NCBI GenBank assembly: GCA_024275895.1
Contig: JAJRYE010000035.1
Span: forward strand, 4,667 to 68,666
DNA from: Alphaproteobacteria bacterium
GTDB lineage: Bacteria; Pseudomonadota; Alphaproteobacteria; Rhizobiales; BM303
Direction: 5' to 3'
Length of the DNA: 64,000 nucleotides
Both the position numbers and the translations under genes were made by a program. Below are positions 43,726 to 53,645 of this stretch, in pieces. The first letter of the stretch is position 1. Every line of letters begins with the position of its first letter. Below the pieces are notes generated by a model. The model saw only the letters and a list, made by a program, of their open reading frames with translations. It searched no databases and had not been told where the DNA came from.

Positions 43726-44745
43726 TCAGCAACTGAAAAGCACATGCATCTCGTCGGAGTTGAGGCTGCTCATATTCATGGCGGCCGGAGTTTCCGAACG
43801 CTCACGCCAGATCAATTCATCCTCCTCATCTTCATCTTCTATTTCTTCGCCCTGTTCGTCTTGCGGCCTGGAAGGGACAGGTTGCGCAGCTTGTAGAGCA
43901 GGTTCGGAAGGGGCGCTCGGGGGAAGCTCGCCGGGATTCTCTTCAAGGGGCTCCTCAAAAATGTCCGGTACGTCCCCGGGCAGGGATCCGAGCATTTCCT
44001 GCGCTGATGCGGTGTCTTCCATAACGGTATCTATTTTCGTCTGGCAGTTGACATCCTTGCCAGGACCGGATGTTCCGGGCAAACGGGGCGCGGCTTTGAC
44101 CCGATCCTCCGGCGGGTCATATTTGAACAGTTCGGTAGACCAGCTTTGCGCCCCCCAGAGGCGGGACATGCCGTTGATGCGGTTTTCCAGATATTGCAGA
44201 ACCCTGATTACCTTGTCCGTGCGCTGGCCGGTGATATCCTGGAAAGAACAGGCGGTGTAGATATCAGTCGCCAGCGCGTCGAGTTTTTCACATGATTTTT
44301 CATCGATTTCCTGCTCGCGCATCGTCCAGGCGGTTTCCTGCACCTGCTCGGCGGCTTCAAGGATTTCAGAAGTTGCTTTTTCCGTGGCGGCAACGATGGA
44401 ATCAAGCTCGCATGAGGCTTTGAGCTTTTGCCCGTCCTGCTCCATATCGGAGCGAATAGTTACGATTTCATGTCTCGTGCTGGCGATCGCCTCGGCCATT
44501 TCCTTCAACTCGAGGCGAATGTGATCGGTATCAATGCCGGTGCCGATATTGCGGGTCTGCCGGCTGAGCTTTTCGATAGCCTCTAAAACCAGTTGCGTAT
44601 CCGAATGGCGGTTTTTACGGGCGTATTCGTGCAGGAACCAGCGTCCACGGGCGGTTTCTCGCACGGCGGACAGGATTATGCCGTATTCTGTTGTATCGCG
44701 TTCGGCCTGTGCATCCACACGCGCCAGCAAGGCTTTATTGCTCAT
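43726..44745 (-). CDS. CheZ-like phosphatase-domain protein with acidic C-terminal tail
   Basis: ATG at 44745. A long helical hairpin region contains ACSFQDITGQRTDKVIRVL, matching the CheZ catalytic FQDLTGQ motif. The tail is EEIEDEDEEDE plus a short terminal peptide. Confidence 0.6.
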   Translation of the reverse strand: MSNKALLARVDAQAERDTTEYGIILSAVRETARGRWFLHEYARKNRHSDTQLVLEAIEKLSRQTRNIGTGIDTDHIRLELKEMAEAIASTRHEIVTIRSDMEQDGQKLKASCELDSIVAATEKATSEILEAAEQVQETAWTMREQEIDEKSCEKLDALATDIYTACSFQDITGQRTDKVIRVLQYLENRINGMSRLWGAQSWSTELFKYDPPEDRVKAAPRLPGTSGPGKDVNCQTKIDTVMEDTASAQEMLGSLPGDVPDIFEEPLEENPGELPPSAPSEPALQAAQPVPSRPQDEQGEEIEDEDEEDELIWRERSETPAAMNMSSLNSDEMHVLFSC

Positions 44746-44829
44746 TGTCGGACCCCGTAACAATCGATCAAGAGAACGTTGGACTTGTTCCACTTCGGGA
44801 CATTATCCCGGGGAATGGTTTACCAAGCT

Positions 44830-45819
44830 TTAACAGCCCCAAAGCCCGGGCGGGGCGGGCTGCATCCAGGCACCCTGATACTCAATCGGGCAGTCCTGAT
44901 CGCGCGCCAGCAAAAGCGGCGCGTCAAGATCGGTATAAGAGGCAAGCGGGGATAAAAGCGCGGCGGGAGCCATGGCGAGGGAAGAGCCGAGCATGCAGCC
45001 GATCATGAGGCCGAAACCCTGTGCATCGGCCTTGCGGGCCAGATCGATGGCGCCGGTGAGGCCGCCGGTTTTGTCGAGCTTGATATTGACCATGTCATAA
45101 AGCGGCCTCAGGCGTTCCAGATCGGCGCTTGTGTGCACTGATTCGTCGGCACATAGCGGCACCGGGTGCTCAAACTTTTCAAGATAATGATCCTGATCTG
45201 CGGGCAGGGGTTGCTCGATAAGCTCAACCCGGACGTTTTGGCAGGCGCTCATCAGCGCGGTGAAATTATCCGGCCTCCAGGCTTCATTGGCGTCCACGAT
45301 CAGGCGGGCACCGGGCACGGCGCGGCGGATGGCTTTAAGTCTGGCTTCATCGCCTTCACCGCCCAGCTTGAGTTTGAGCAGCGGATAAGCCGCGGCTTTG
45401 CGGGCCGATATTGCCATGGCTTCAGGTGTACCGAGGCTGATAGTATAGGCGCTCAGGCAGGGGGCAGGTTCGGGCAGGCCCGCCAGTTCCCGGACCGGTT
45501 TGCCGCTGCGGGCGGCTTCAAGGTCCCACAAAGCACAATCAAGTGCGTTGCGCGCCGCGCCGGGGGAAAGCCGGCTTTGCAGGGCCTGGCGGTCCAGCCC
45601 CTCATGCAGATCACCCTCAAGCGATCTGATCTCATCCACCACTCCGGCGAGTGTTTCGCCGTAACGGGCATAGGGCACACATTCGCCGCGGCCCAGATGC
45701 GGCGTATCTCCCAAAGTCACGCAGATAACATCCGCATGGGTGCGCGCGCCGCGTGAAATTGCAAACGCCTGACGCAGGGGCCAGCTTCGGGTTTCAATAC
45801 GCAAGGTGGGCTTGTACAT
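44830..45819 (-). CDS. dipeptide (L-Ala-D/L-Glu) epimerase, enolase superfamily
   Basis: 329 aa. KLKLGG, DANEAW, EQP, ADES and the KxK/D-E-D metal and acid-base pattern of MLE-subgroup epimerases. Confidence 0.85.
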   Translation of the reverse strand: MYKPTLRIETRSWPLRQAFAISRGARTHADVICVTLGDTPHLGRGECVPYARYGETLAGVVDEIRSLEGDLHEGLDRQALQSRLSPGAARNALDCALWDLEAARSGKPVRELAGLPEPAPCLSAYTISLGTPEAMAISARKAAAYPLLKLKLGGEGDEARLKAIRRAVPGARLIVDANEAWRPDNFTALMSACQNVRVELIEQPLPADQDHYLEKFEHPVPLCADESVHTSADLERLRPLYDMVNIKLDKTGGLTGAIDLARKADAQGFGLMIGCMLGSSLAMAPAALLSPLASYTDLDAPLLLARDQDCPIEYQGAWMQPAPPGLWGC

Positions 45820-45833
45820 CGGCCTGCCCGATA

Positions 45834-48395
45834 TCAGCGATCATCGCCAAGGCGTCCGCTGGCATGGGCGAGCATGAGATAGACCTTGCCAGTTTCCGAG
45901 GTCAGATAGGTATCGATCAACATGCTTTCGCGATCGGATTCCGCGGCGGATTCAAGCAGGTTTTCAAAATCCCGGATATAGCGGTCAACATCCTCGCGGA
46001 ATTCATGCTCGCGGTCGTATTTGCTGGCGATTTCGTCAAAAATCCGCTGGCCACGCATGGTATAGAGCCGCCGCGTAAATACGCCGGGCTCACCATCCCT
46101 GTATCGCCGCCAGAGTTCAGCCGGCGCCTGATGGTCAAGAGCGCGGGAAAGATCGACGGAAAGAGAATTGAGCGTGGCCGAGCTGTCCTGCGGCTGCGGC
46201 CCTTCGGTATTCATCACAGGTTGCATGATGTTGCCGGCTTCCGGTTCAGCAGCCCGGCGCGGCGTCTCCTGCAAGGGAGGGAGGTCCTCCATGACCGGAG
46301 GGAGCCTTGCTTCCTTGCTCTCGCTCTGGCGAGGACGGGTGGGCGGTGGTGCGGCAAGCCGGCCGGTATCGTCCTCTGAACCCGAGGCGGCGGCCAGCAG
46401 GTCGGGAAGTGACCATTTTGAAGGGCTGCGCTCTGGCGTATCCCCGGAGATTGCGGCTGAAATCTTGCGGGCAAAGCGTCCGCCCTTGCGGTCGTTTTCA
46501 TCCGTACCCGACAAGGAACTGCCGGCTTTAAGGGAGGAAATCGGCTTTGTGATATTTTCGCGCGAGCGCTCGGGCGGCTGAAAGGTGTCATCATTGCCGC
46601 TTTTGTTCAAAACCATCGCATTGAGCGCATCAAGAGCGCCGATTTCATCCATGACCGCCTGGCGCAGGGCTTCGGCGTTGCGCGTTGTTTCTTCGGGGAG
46701 CTTGAAAATTGTCTTGTTGATCTCCTCGCGCGCCTTGTCCATTTCGTTTGTCATTTCACGAATGGAGGCTTTCAGGTCACTGCGGGTTTTCTCCAACTCG
46801 CCGGACATATGGCGCACCGCCTTGCGCAGATCACTGGTCGTATCGGAAAAACGGCTTCCGGCATCTTCAAGATTTGCGCTTAACTCGCGGCTGACCTTCT
46901 CGTAGTTTTTCTGGAAGCCGCTGACGGCAAGGGCGGTTTCCTGCCCGGCGACAGACCGCAGTTTTTCAAGCTCGGAGATAGCGGTGCGCGAAGACTGGGT
47001 CGCATTCATCGCAATCTGCTTGCCGACTTCGCGGGCGCGTTCCTCGGCGCCGCTCAGGGCATCGGAAACGATGTTGGAATAGGTGTGCATGAGCGTATCG
47101 ATCTCGTCCGATTTGCGCACCAGGATTTCGGCCAGAGAAGACAGCTTGTCGTGACGGTCCTTAAGAACATCATCAATCTCGAGATTGGCGGATTTGAGCG
47201 ATTGCGCCGCGGAATGAAGACCGTCGGCCTGCTGTGAGAACTGGCCGGCTGTGGTCTGGATATCTTTTAACACGCCACCCGCCAGATTTTTCATCTCATT
47301 GGCCTGCGCCGTCATCTGGTTGAGGGTTTCACCGGTCTTGTTGGCAACCAGTTCCGCAGCTTCATTGAGGCCATTCGCATGCAGGGTAAGGCGTTTGTCA
47401 AGGGCGTGCAGGTTCCTGGTCGCCCCTTCGATCAGCATATGCAGCGAGGAGCCTTCTTCCTTGATGCGGGCGATGGTGGGCTCAAGTTCGTTACCTAAAG
47501 AATGTCCGGCGGCGGAGATGGACTGGCGCTCCTGGTAAAGCGATTCCAGCATGGCGCGCATGCGGGTTTCGGAATCGGCATAGGCCCGCTCCAGCGCCGT
47601 AACCTCGCTGTGCACCAGCGCTTCAAGCTCGCTCGCCCGGCCAAGGGCGCGCTCAACTCCTTCATTCATCGCCGCAACTTCACGGCGGATAGCCTGGCCG
47701 ATAGAGGAGATTGCCTCACTGGCCAGCCCCTCGGGCATGGTGAGATGCAAAGCGGCTTTCGCCATCGCATTGGCCATGAGGTGAAGCTCCTGGGAACGGC
47801 GGATCATCATCGCCATCAGCCAGATCATGGGAACCGGCAAAACAAAAGCGGCCAGCAAGGTGACGGCATTTGGCGTGTTAAACAAAATTGAAAAAGTTTC
47901 CGCCTCTATGATTTTCGCGCCGTAATAGCCCCAGATATAGGCCGCCCCCAGCCCGAGCCAGAGGACGGACAAAAGAAAGGCGAAAAAGAAAGGCGAGGCG
48001 GAGGGGCGTCTGCGGATATCGCGCATCAACGTGCCGGCATTCGGCATATTCTGGTTAGCCGGGGCGGAGGAAGCCGGTGGAATTTCCGTCTCTAGTTCGG
48101 GCGCCGCCGTAGTATCGCTCGGTCTTTTTGCGGATTTGTCATTGTTTCTTCTTTTTTTGGCGATGCGGACAAGTTCGGGCTCCGGTTGCACGGGGGCTTT
48201 GTCAATGCGCTTGGGCGGCTTGATGAAATTGGGGCGTTTCACCTTGCTGGTATTTTGCGGGGTGGCCGCAGGGCCGGTATCAAAATTGACTTCGCCAGGC
48301 TCGTTGCTCTCCATCATTCCGGCATTGCCGTTTCCAGAGCTTTTTTCGGCCTTCGTTGTATTTCCAGCTTTCGATGTGTTATCTTTCGATACCAT
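45834..48395 (-). CDS. large membrane-anchored coiled-coil (apolipoprotein-like repeat) protein
   Basis: 853 aa. Basic/Pro-rich N-terminus, two TM helices (FFFAFLLSVLWLGLGAAYIWGYY, LLAAFVLPVPMIWLMAMMI), about 450 aa of heptad-rich helices, a disordered linker and a conserved-looking C-terminal domain (ELWRRYRDGEPGVFTRRLYT...). Confidence 0.7.
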   Translation of the reverse strand: MVSKDNTSKAGNTTKAEKSSGNGNAGMMESNEPGEVNFDTGPAATPQNTSKVKRPNFIKPPKRIDKAPVQPEPELVRIAKKRRNNDKSAKRPSDTTAAPELETEIPPASSAPANQNMPNAGTLMRDIRRRPSASPFFFAFLLSVLWLGLGAAYIWGYYGAKIIEAETFSILFNTPNAVTLLAAFVLPVPMIWLMAMMIRRSQELHLMANAMAKAALHLTMPEGLASEAISSIGQAIRREVAAMNEGVERALGRASELEALVHSEVTALERAYADSETRMRAMLESLYQERQSISAAGHSLGNELEPTIARIKEEGSSLHMLIEGATRNLHALDKRLTLHANGLNEAAELVANKTGETLNQMTAQANEMKNLAGGVLKDIQTTAGQFSQQADGLHSAAQSLKSANLEIDDVLKDRHDKLSSLAEILVRKSDEIDTLMHTYSNIVSDALSGAEERAREVGKQIAMNATQSSRTAISELEKLRSVAGQETALAVSGFQKNYEKVSRELSANLEDAGSRFSDTTSDLRKAVRHMSGELEKTRSDLKASIREMTNEMDKAREEINKTIFKLPEETTRNAEALRQAVMDEIGALDALNAMVLNKSGNDDTFQPPERSRENITKPISSLKAGSSLSGTDENDRKGGRFARKISAAISGDTPERSPSKWSLPDLLAAASGSEDDTGRLAAPPPTRPRQSESKEARLPPVMEDLPPLQETPRRAAEPEAGNIMQPVMNTEGPQPQDSSATLNSLSVDLSRALDHQAPAELWRRYRDGEPGVFTRRLYTMRGQRIFDEIASKYDREHEFREDVDRYIRDFENLLESAAESDRESMLIDTYLTSETGKVYLMLAHASGRLGDDR

Positions 48396-48674
48396 AGCAG
48401 TCCTGTTTTGTATTGCAGTCCGTCAGGCTCTGGCCGAACCATGATGAAGTCCTGGTTTTTCGCCGGACGCCGTCCCTTTATCGCCATCGCTGGCCATATT
48501 GGCGTTTGTAGCATAAATCACGGGTTGCGCCATGATTTCTTTGACAGGATCAGAGCGGTGCAGAAGGCCAGGATACAAGATGGATTTGAGGATATGGGAA
48601 AAGTTCTGGAGAAAAAAACAACACGGGGCAGGGCACAGGGCGTGGGATAGCCGAGCGCGGCGCAAAAAACCTAC

Positions 48675-48884
48675 TTGCGGCGCGGATTGACGCAGCCGGG
48701 CGGAAAACTGCCCCTGTTTGACCGCCGCGGGCAGAAGCTTCCCGCCGCTACCATTCGCGCCTGTATCGCCAATGGCTGGGCCGAGCCCTGGTTTGTCAAC
48801 CCACTGAAGCCGGACTGGCTGGTCTGCCGTTTGACGGCGCGTGGTTATCTGGCTGTCGGCGTAGAGCCGCCGGCGGATTTATGA
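48675..48884 (+). CDS. small conserved hypothetical protein
   Basis: 69 aa from a TTG start. The GWAEPWFVNPLKPDWLVCRLT segment resembles a small protein family I recall from Rhizobiales. The start is uncertain. Confidence 0.4.
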   Translation: MRRGLTQPGGKLPLFDRRGQKLPAATIRACIANGWAEPWFVNPLKPDWLVCRLTARGYLAVGVEPPADL

Positions 48885-48933
48885 GGCTGGTATCAATATT
48901 TGCCCGCCGCGATTGCAGCGCTGATTTTAACAA

Positions 48934-50766
48934 TCAGGCTGCGGCGCTGCTTTCCCGGACGCCGGATTGCTGCTTCGCCGGTATGCTGACAAGATCGAAA
49001 GTGACCGCATTTTCGTATTTGTCCTCGGCAAATCCGAGCAATTTGCCGCCCTCCCGACTTATGAGCTGGGATAGCGCGGCGTAGCATATTTTCCAATCGG
49101 CGGTTTGCGGCGCGTCTTCGGGTTTAAGGCGCAATCCGGCCTCAGAGGATGTGTCGAATATAATAAAATTCAACATGCCGTTTGATCCGGGGACAGCCGT
49201 AATTGTCAATTGCGGCGTGACATAGTTGCTGCGCAGGTAAACAAGGGTAAACGCCTGTCTGAAGAGCGCTTTCTGTTGTTCCGGATGGCCCGTGACAGCG
49301 GGCAGGACACCGTGTTCAAGCTGGGCTGAGTGCATTAAACCGCTTTTTTGCGCATCACGGTACCAGTGGATGATAATCCGGTCCGGCATGACGGGCTCGC
49401 GTTCTTTATCCGTGGTTTGTTTTGCTGATCCCTCAAGCAGAATCAGACAGGATTCTATCAGTTTCTTGAGTTCTTCGTTGCGTCTTCCCAACTTCTCGTT
49501 TTCAAGGTCAAGCTTGTCGATCTCCATTGAGAGATGGTCTTTTTGCAGCGCAATTTTTGATATATCCACCAGATTGGCGAAATAGCGCTGTATCTCGCCA
49601 TAGCGGTTGCGGACCGGGCGCGCAATGACCAGAACCGGAACCTCAAGACCGTTGACCAGAACAAATCCATCCTCAATATAACTGCCGCCATTTGCATCCT
49701 CTAGCCGGGTTTCAAGCGTGTTGGTCACTGTAAAACGGCGGCTCTCATGGCGGCCAGGCAATATGAGGATTTTCTGATCGCGTTCCCTCAGCTCTTCCAG
49801 GGATGCGGCGCAGAAAAAATTAAGGGCGGCGGCATTGGCGGCAATCAGCTTTCCGGCCGGGTCATACTGGATTATGGCACTCATGGACTTTAGTATCGCG
49901 TCCTGGGCGGCGGAGAGCTCGTTTTGATGAATAATTGCAGTATCCAGCAGCAATTTGTCGATGGCGTTGCCGATTTCGCCGATTTCATCCCTGCGACTGA
50001 AACCAAGCTGATGCTCGGCGGCAAGGTCCGGCTTATCGATTGCCGACAAGACGGCTTTTTTTATCCTTTGTATGGGCCGGATGGCGGCAAAGTACAAAAT
50101 CAGGAAAATCAAGAAGATGGTGATGCTTGAAATGAGCAGCGCCGATTCCGCAATCCGGATCATATAGGCGGAGACCTCCCCGGCAATATGGGAGGTATCA
50201 AGGCGCAAGATCAGATCATAGCTGAGACCGCTTTTCGTCTGGGGAACGAAGATGTCATAAAACCGGCCATCCGGGCTGCGCAGGGATTTGACGCCATCAG
50301 TGGCAACCGAATTGTGTGAAAGCGAAGCCTCTGTTCCAAATCAGCCAACCGGATCGCCCAGGGAGTCATAAAGCTGGCCGCCCCGGATGCGGGAGAATTT
50401 TGAAAGCTTCTCAAGCACGTCGATGATGTCTTTTTCACTTTGATCATCAAGCGCGTTGCGCAAGGTCGCAACCTTGACCAGCCGGATTGTTTCCTTGTGC
50501 ATGGCCTCAAGCAGCCGCCCTTCATGAACATAGAGCGAGGGGACCAGCAGGGCCATCTCCGCCAGCAGGATACTGAACAAGGAGGCCAGAAAAATTATAA
50601 TGCCGAGGCGCAGGCGAAAAAAACGGCGCAGCTTCCCCCCCCGGCCGCCGGGCGGCAAGTCATTTATTGTATTGAGCTGCGTCACGCATTTTCCCTTGAT
50701 AACAGCTTTTTCAAGGTTAATTACAGCTTCCGGGTTAAGAATGCGTGGATGGGCAGGCCTGATCAT
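48934..50766 (-). pseudogene. membrane sensor-like protein (TM-extracytoplasmic domain-TM-HAMP-PAS-like-coiled coil-degenerate kinase-like C-terminus) interrupted by one in-frame TGA
   Basis: ORFs 50341..50766 and 48934..50208 are in the same frame (1833 nt = 611 codons). The only interruption is TGA at 50341-50343 (...SLGDPVG*FGTEASL...). A HAMP-like segment follows the second TM (AAIRPIQRIKKAV...EIGEIGNAIDKLL). Confidence 0.65.
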
Positions 50767-50830
50767 TGATTTGTCCGCCTTCGCACCTTATTTTGAATTC
50801 GCAGGCGGCGATAAGGAGTTGCTGTAGCTT

Positions 50831-51259
50831 ATGGTTACCGAAATCTATAACAAACGCATCCTCGGACTGGCCGCTTCCATTCCCCATATCGAGCGATTGC
50901 CCGCACCCGACGCCACGGCAACGGCTTTTTCCAGAATGTGCGGCTCGAAAATTGTGGTTGATCTGGAAATGGACGGTGATGTGATCACCGGTTTTGGTCA
51001 GGACGTAAAGGCCTGCGCCTTGGGGCAGGCGGCCTCATCCGTGGTCGGGCAGCACATCATCGGCGCCACCTCTGGCGAGTTCCGCCAGGTGGCGGAGCAG
51101 ATGCGCAAGATGCTGAAAAACAACGGTGCGCCGCCCTCGGGCAAGTGGAAGGATCTGGAGGTTCTGGAGCCGGTGCGCGATTACAGGGCGCGCCACACCT
51201 CGACCTTGCTGGTTTTTGATGCGGTCGAAGATGCAATTTCGCAGATTGAAGGGGCCTGA
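50831..51259 (+). CDS. NifU/IscU-like Fe-S cluster scaffold-domain protein
   Basis: 142 aa. Cys-containing motifs (MCGSKIVVDL, VKACALGQAA) and length typical of the alphaproteobacterial NifU-N-like protein. Confidence 0.75.
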   Translation: MVTEIYNKRILGLAASIPHIERLPAPDATATAFSRMCGSKIVVDLEMDGDVITGFGQDVKACALGQAASSVVGQHIIGATSGEFRQVAEQMRKMLKNNGAPPSGKWKDLEVLEPVRDYRARHTSTLLVFDAVEDAISQIEGA

Positions 51260-51265
51260 AAAACC

Positions 51266-51601
51266 ATGAGACCGGCGCAGAAACTGACCAGGGGCGTGCT
51301 TCTCGCCCCGGTGATGATTTACCGCTATGTGATATCCCCCTTTACCCCCGCCGCCTGCCGCCACCTGCCGAGTTGCTCGGAATACGCCGGCGAGGCGATT
51401 GAGAAGAACGGCGCCTGGAAGGGGGGCTGGCTGGCGTTTTCGCGCATTTTGCGTTGCAACCCTTTTGGCTCGCATGGCCATGATCCGGTGCCGGATTTGC
51501 GCCGCATCACTCACCCCCTCTGGGCACCGTGGCGTTATGGCCGCTGGACGGGCAAGCATATCACCTTGACTTTCAATAACGATTCTGAGAACAAGCGGTA
51601 A
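51266..51601 (+). CDS. yidD: membrane protein insertion efficiency factor YidD
   Basis: YRYVISPF...CRHLPSCSEYAGEAI...G..KG..L...RILRCNPF..GHDPVP is the YidD signature. Confidence 0.85.
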   Translation: MRPAQKLTRGVLLAPVMIYRYVISPFTPAACRHLPSCSEYAGEAIEKNGAWKGGWLAFSRILRCNPFGSHGHDPVPDLRRITHPLWAPWRYGRWTGKHITLTFNNDSENKR

Positions 51602-51662
51602 TTGCAAACCAACCCATATCCATCTTACCTGCGCGGTAGGCAGTGAGTGAGAGGAAATATCC

Positions 51663-53588
51663 ATGTTCACCCTGAGTTTTCCAGACGGTTCCAAACGCGA
51701 TTATGACGCCCCGATAACCGGGCTGGAGCTGGCAAATTCAATCTCGAAATCCCTCGCCAAGAAGGCGATTGCCATCAAGCGAAATGGCAGGCTTGATGAT
51801 CTGGCAGCGGCGCTCGGCGAGGATTGCAATGTCGAGATTGTCACCCGCGATTCCGACGAGGCGCTGGAGTTGATCCGCCATGATGCGGCCCATATCATGG
51901 CCGAGGCGGTGCAAACCCTGTTTCCGGGCACCCAGGTTACCATCGGCCCGGTAATCGAAAACGGGTTTTATTACGATTTTGCCCGTGAAGAGCCGTTTCA
52001 TCTGGAGGATCTTGCAAAGATCGAGGCGCAGATGCGCAAGATCGTGCAGAAAAATGCTCCCTTCACGCTCGAAATCTGGGACCGGGACGAGGCGGTCGCA
52101 TGGTTTAAGGAGCGCGGCGAGGATTACAAGGCCGAGTTGATCGAGGCGCTGCCCGAAGGCGAGGAGGTGCGTATTTACCGGCAGGGGGAATGGCTTGATC
52201 TGTGTCTGGGGCCGCATCTGCCCTCAACCGCCAAAATCGGCACCTCATTCAAGCTGCTCAAGCTGGCCGGGGCCTATTGGCGCGGCGATTCGCGCAATCC
52301 GATGCTGCAACGCATCTATGGCACCGCATGGCGCAATGATTCGGAACTGAAGACATATCTGCGCAACCTTGAAGAGGCCGAAAAGCGCGACCACCGCAAG
52401 CTGGGCCGCGAGATGGATCTGTTTCATTTTCAGGAAGAGGGTCCGGGCTCGGTGTTCTGGCATCCCAAGGGCTGGACATTGTTTCAGCAACTCATCGGCT
52501 ATATGCGCCGCCGCCAGCACGGGGCGGGCTATGTCGAGGTCAACTCGCCCGATATGCTGGACAAGTCCTTGTGGGTCACCTCGGGCCACTGGGAAAAATT
52601 CGGCGAGAACATGTTCACAACCACAACGCCGGATGAGCGCGAATTTGCCTTAAAACCGATGAACTGCCCCGGCCATGTGCAAATCTTCAAGAATGGCTTG
52701 AAGTCTTACCGCGATCTGCCGATGAAATTGGCAGAATTCGGCAAGGTGCATCGCTATGAGCCCTCCGGTGCCCTGCACGGGCTGATGCGGGTGCGCCACT
52801 TTACCCAGGATGATGCGCATATTTTTTGCGCCGAGGACCAGATTACGGCCGAATGCGTCAAGGTGAATGATCTGATTATCTCGATCTATCATGATTTCGG
52901 CTTTGACGATGTGCGGGTTAAATTCTCCGACCGGCCGGAAAAGCGCGTCGGCTCGGACGAGGTCTGGGACCGCTCGGAAGCGGCGCTGAAACACGCCATC
53001 GACAAGGCGGGGGTCAAGTGGACGCTCAATCCGGGCGAGGGGGCGTTTTACGGCCCCAAGCTGGAATATGTTCTGCGTGATGCCATCGGCCGCGACTGGC
53101 AGCTTGGCACCTTGCAGGTTGATCTTAACCTTCCAGGGCGTCTGGGGGCGTTCTTCATTACGCCGGAGGGCGAGAAACACACTCCGGTGATGTTGCATCA
53201 GGCCAATTTCGGCTCGCTGGAGCGCTTTGCCGGCATTTTGATCGAACATCACGCCGGGCGCATGCCGCTGTGGCTCGCCCCCGTGCAGGTGGTGGTGGCG
53301 ACCATTGTCTCCGAAGCCGATGATTACGGCCGCAAGGTGCTTGAGGCACTGGACAAGGCCGGGATCCGGACCGAAATTGATCTTCGTAACGAAAAGATCA
53401 ATTACAAGGTGCGCGAGCATTCCATGGCCAAGGTTCCGGCTATTCTGGTCTGCGGCATGCGCGAGGCGCAAGAGGGCACCATATCGGTGCGCCGTCTGGG
53501 GCAGAAATATCAAAAAGTCATGCCACTGGCTGAAGCCATCGCGGCGCTGGTGGCCGAGGCCACACCGCCCGATTTGCGTGAGGACTGA
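51663..53588 (+). CDS. thrS: threonine--tRNA ligase
   Basis: 641 aa with the TGS domain, second additional domain (HDAAHIMA), class II core motifs (FRHE-like [15 protein letters not shown]) and an anticodon-binding domain. Confidence 0.95.
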   Translation: MFTLSFPDGSKRDYDAPITGLELANSISKSLAKKAIAIKRNGRLDDLAAALGEDCNVEIVTRDSDEALELIRHDAAHIMAEAVQTLFPGTQVTIGPVIENGFYYDFAREEPFHLEDLAKIEAQMRKIVQKNAPFTLEIWDRDEAVAWFKERGEDYKAELIEALPEGEEVRIYRQGEWLDLCLGPHLPSTAKIGTSFKLLKLAGAYWRGDSRNPMLQRIYGTAWRNDSELKTYLRNLEEAEKRDHRKLGREMDLFHFQEEGPGSVFWHPKGWTLFQQLIGYMRRRQHGAGYVEVNSPDMLDKSLWVTSGHWEKFGENMFTTTTPDEREFALKPMNCPGHVQIFKNGLKSYRDLPMKLAEFGKVHRYEPSGALHGLMRVRHFTQDDAHIFCAEDQITAECVKVNDLIISIYHDFGFDDVRVKFSDRPEKRVGSDEVWDRSEAALKHAIDKAGVKWTLNPGEGAFYGPKLEYVLRDAIGRDWQLGTLQVDLNLPGRLGAFFITPEGEKHTPVMLHQANFGSLERFAGILIEHHAGRMPLWLAPVQVVVATIVSEADDYGRKVLEALDKAGIRTEIDLRNEKINYKVREHSMAKVPAILVCGMREAQEGTISVRRLGQKYQKVMPLAEAIAALVAEATPPDLRED

Positions 53589-53604
53589 CCAAAACTTCCG
53601 CCAT

Positions 53605-53633
53605 TTGCCCCGCCAGTCCGATATGCGGGGCAA
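53605..53633. terminator. hairpin between convergent thrS and dprA
   Basis: TTGCCCCGC-(11 nt)-GCGGGGCAA, a 9-bp perfect stem. Confidence 0.45.
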
Positions 53634-53645
53634 GGATGACTGATC

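Noticed and set aside
48396-48674. Small ORFs 48423..48665 (-) and 48314..48514 (-), and a possible sRNA in the 280-nt spacer
   Set aside because: The ORFs lack ribosome-binding sites and any recognisable features. I found no strong terminator-like hairpin or conserved sRNA motif, so the region is best read as the promoter and 5' region of the coiled-coil gene.
50341-50343. Selenocysteine or genetic-code reassignment at the in-frame TGA
   Set aside because: I see no convincing SECIS-like hairpin in the 40 nt downstream, and the context (G-x-F in an extracytoplasmic domain) is not a redox motif. Other genes in the window clearly use TGA as a stop (ivd, ycjX, korA, glmU).
51602-51662. ThrS autoregulatory operator (tRNA-Thr anticodon-arm mimic) upstream of thrS
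   Set aside because: Only an imperfect 6-bp stem is present (CTTACC/GGTAGG), and its loop contains no Thr anticodon-like triplet.
52650-53633. 327-aa minus-strand ORF
   Set aside because: It is antisense to thrS. Shadow ORF with no motifs.
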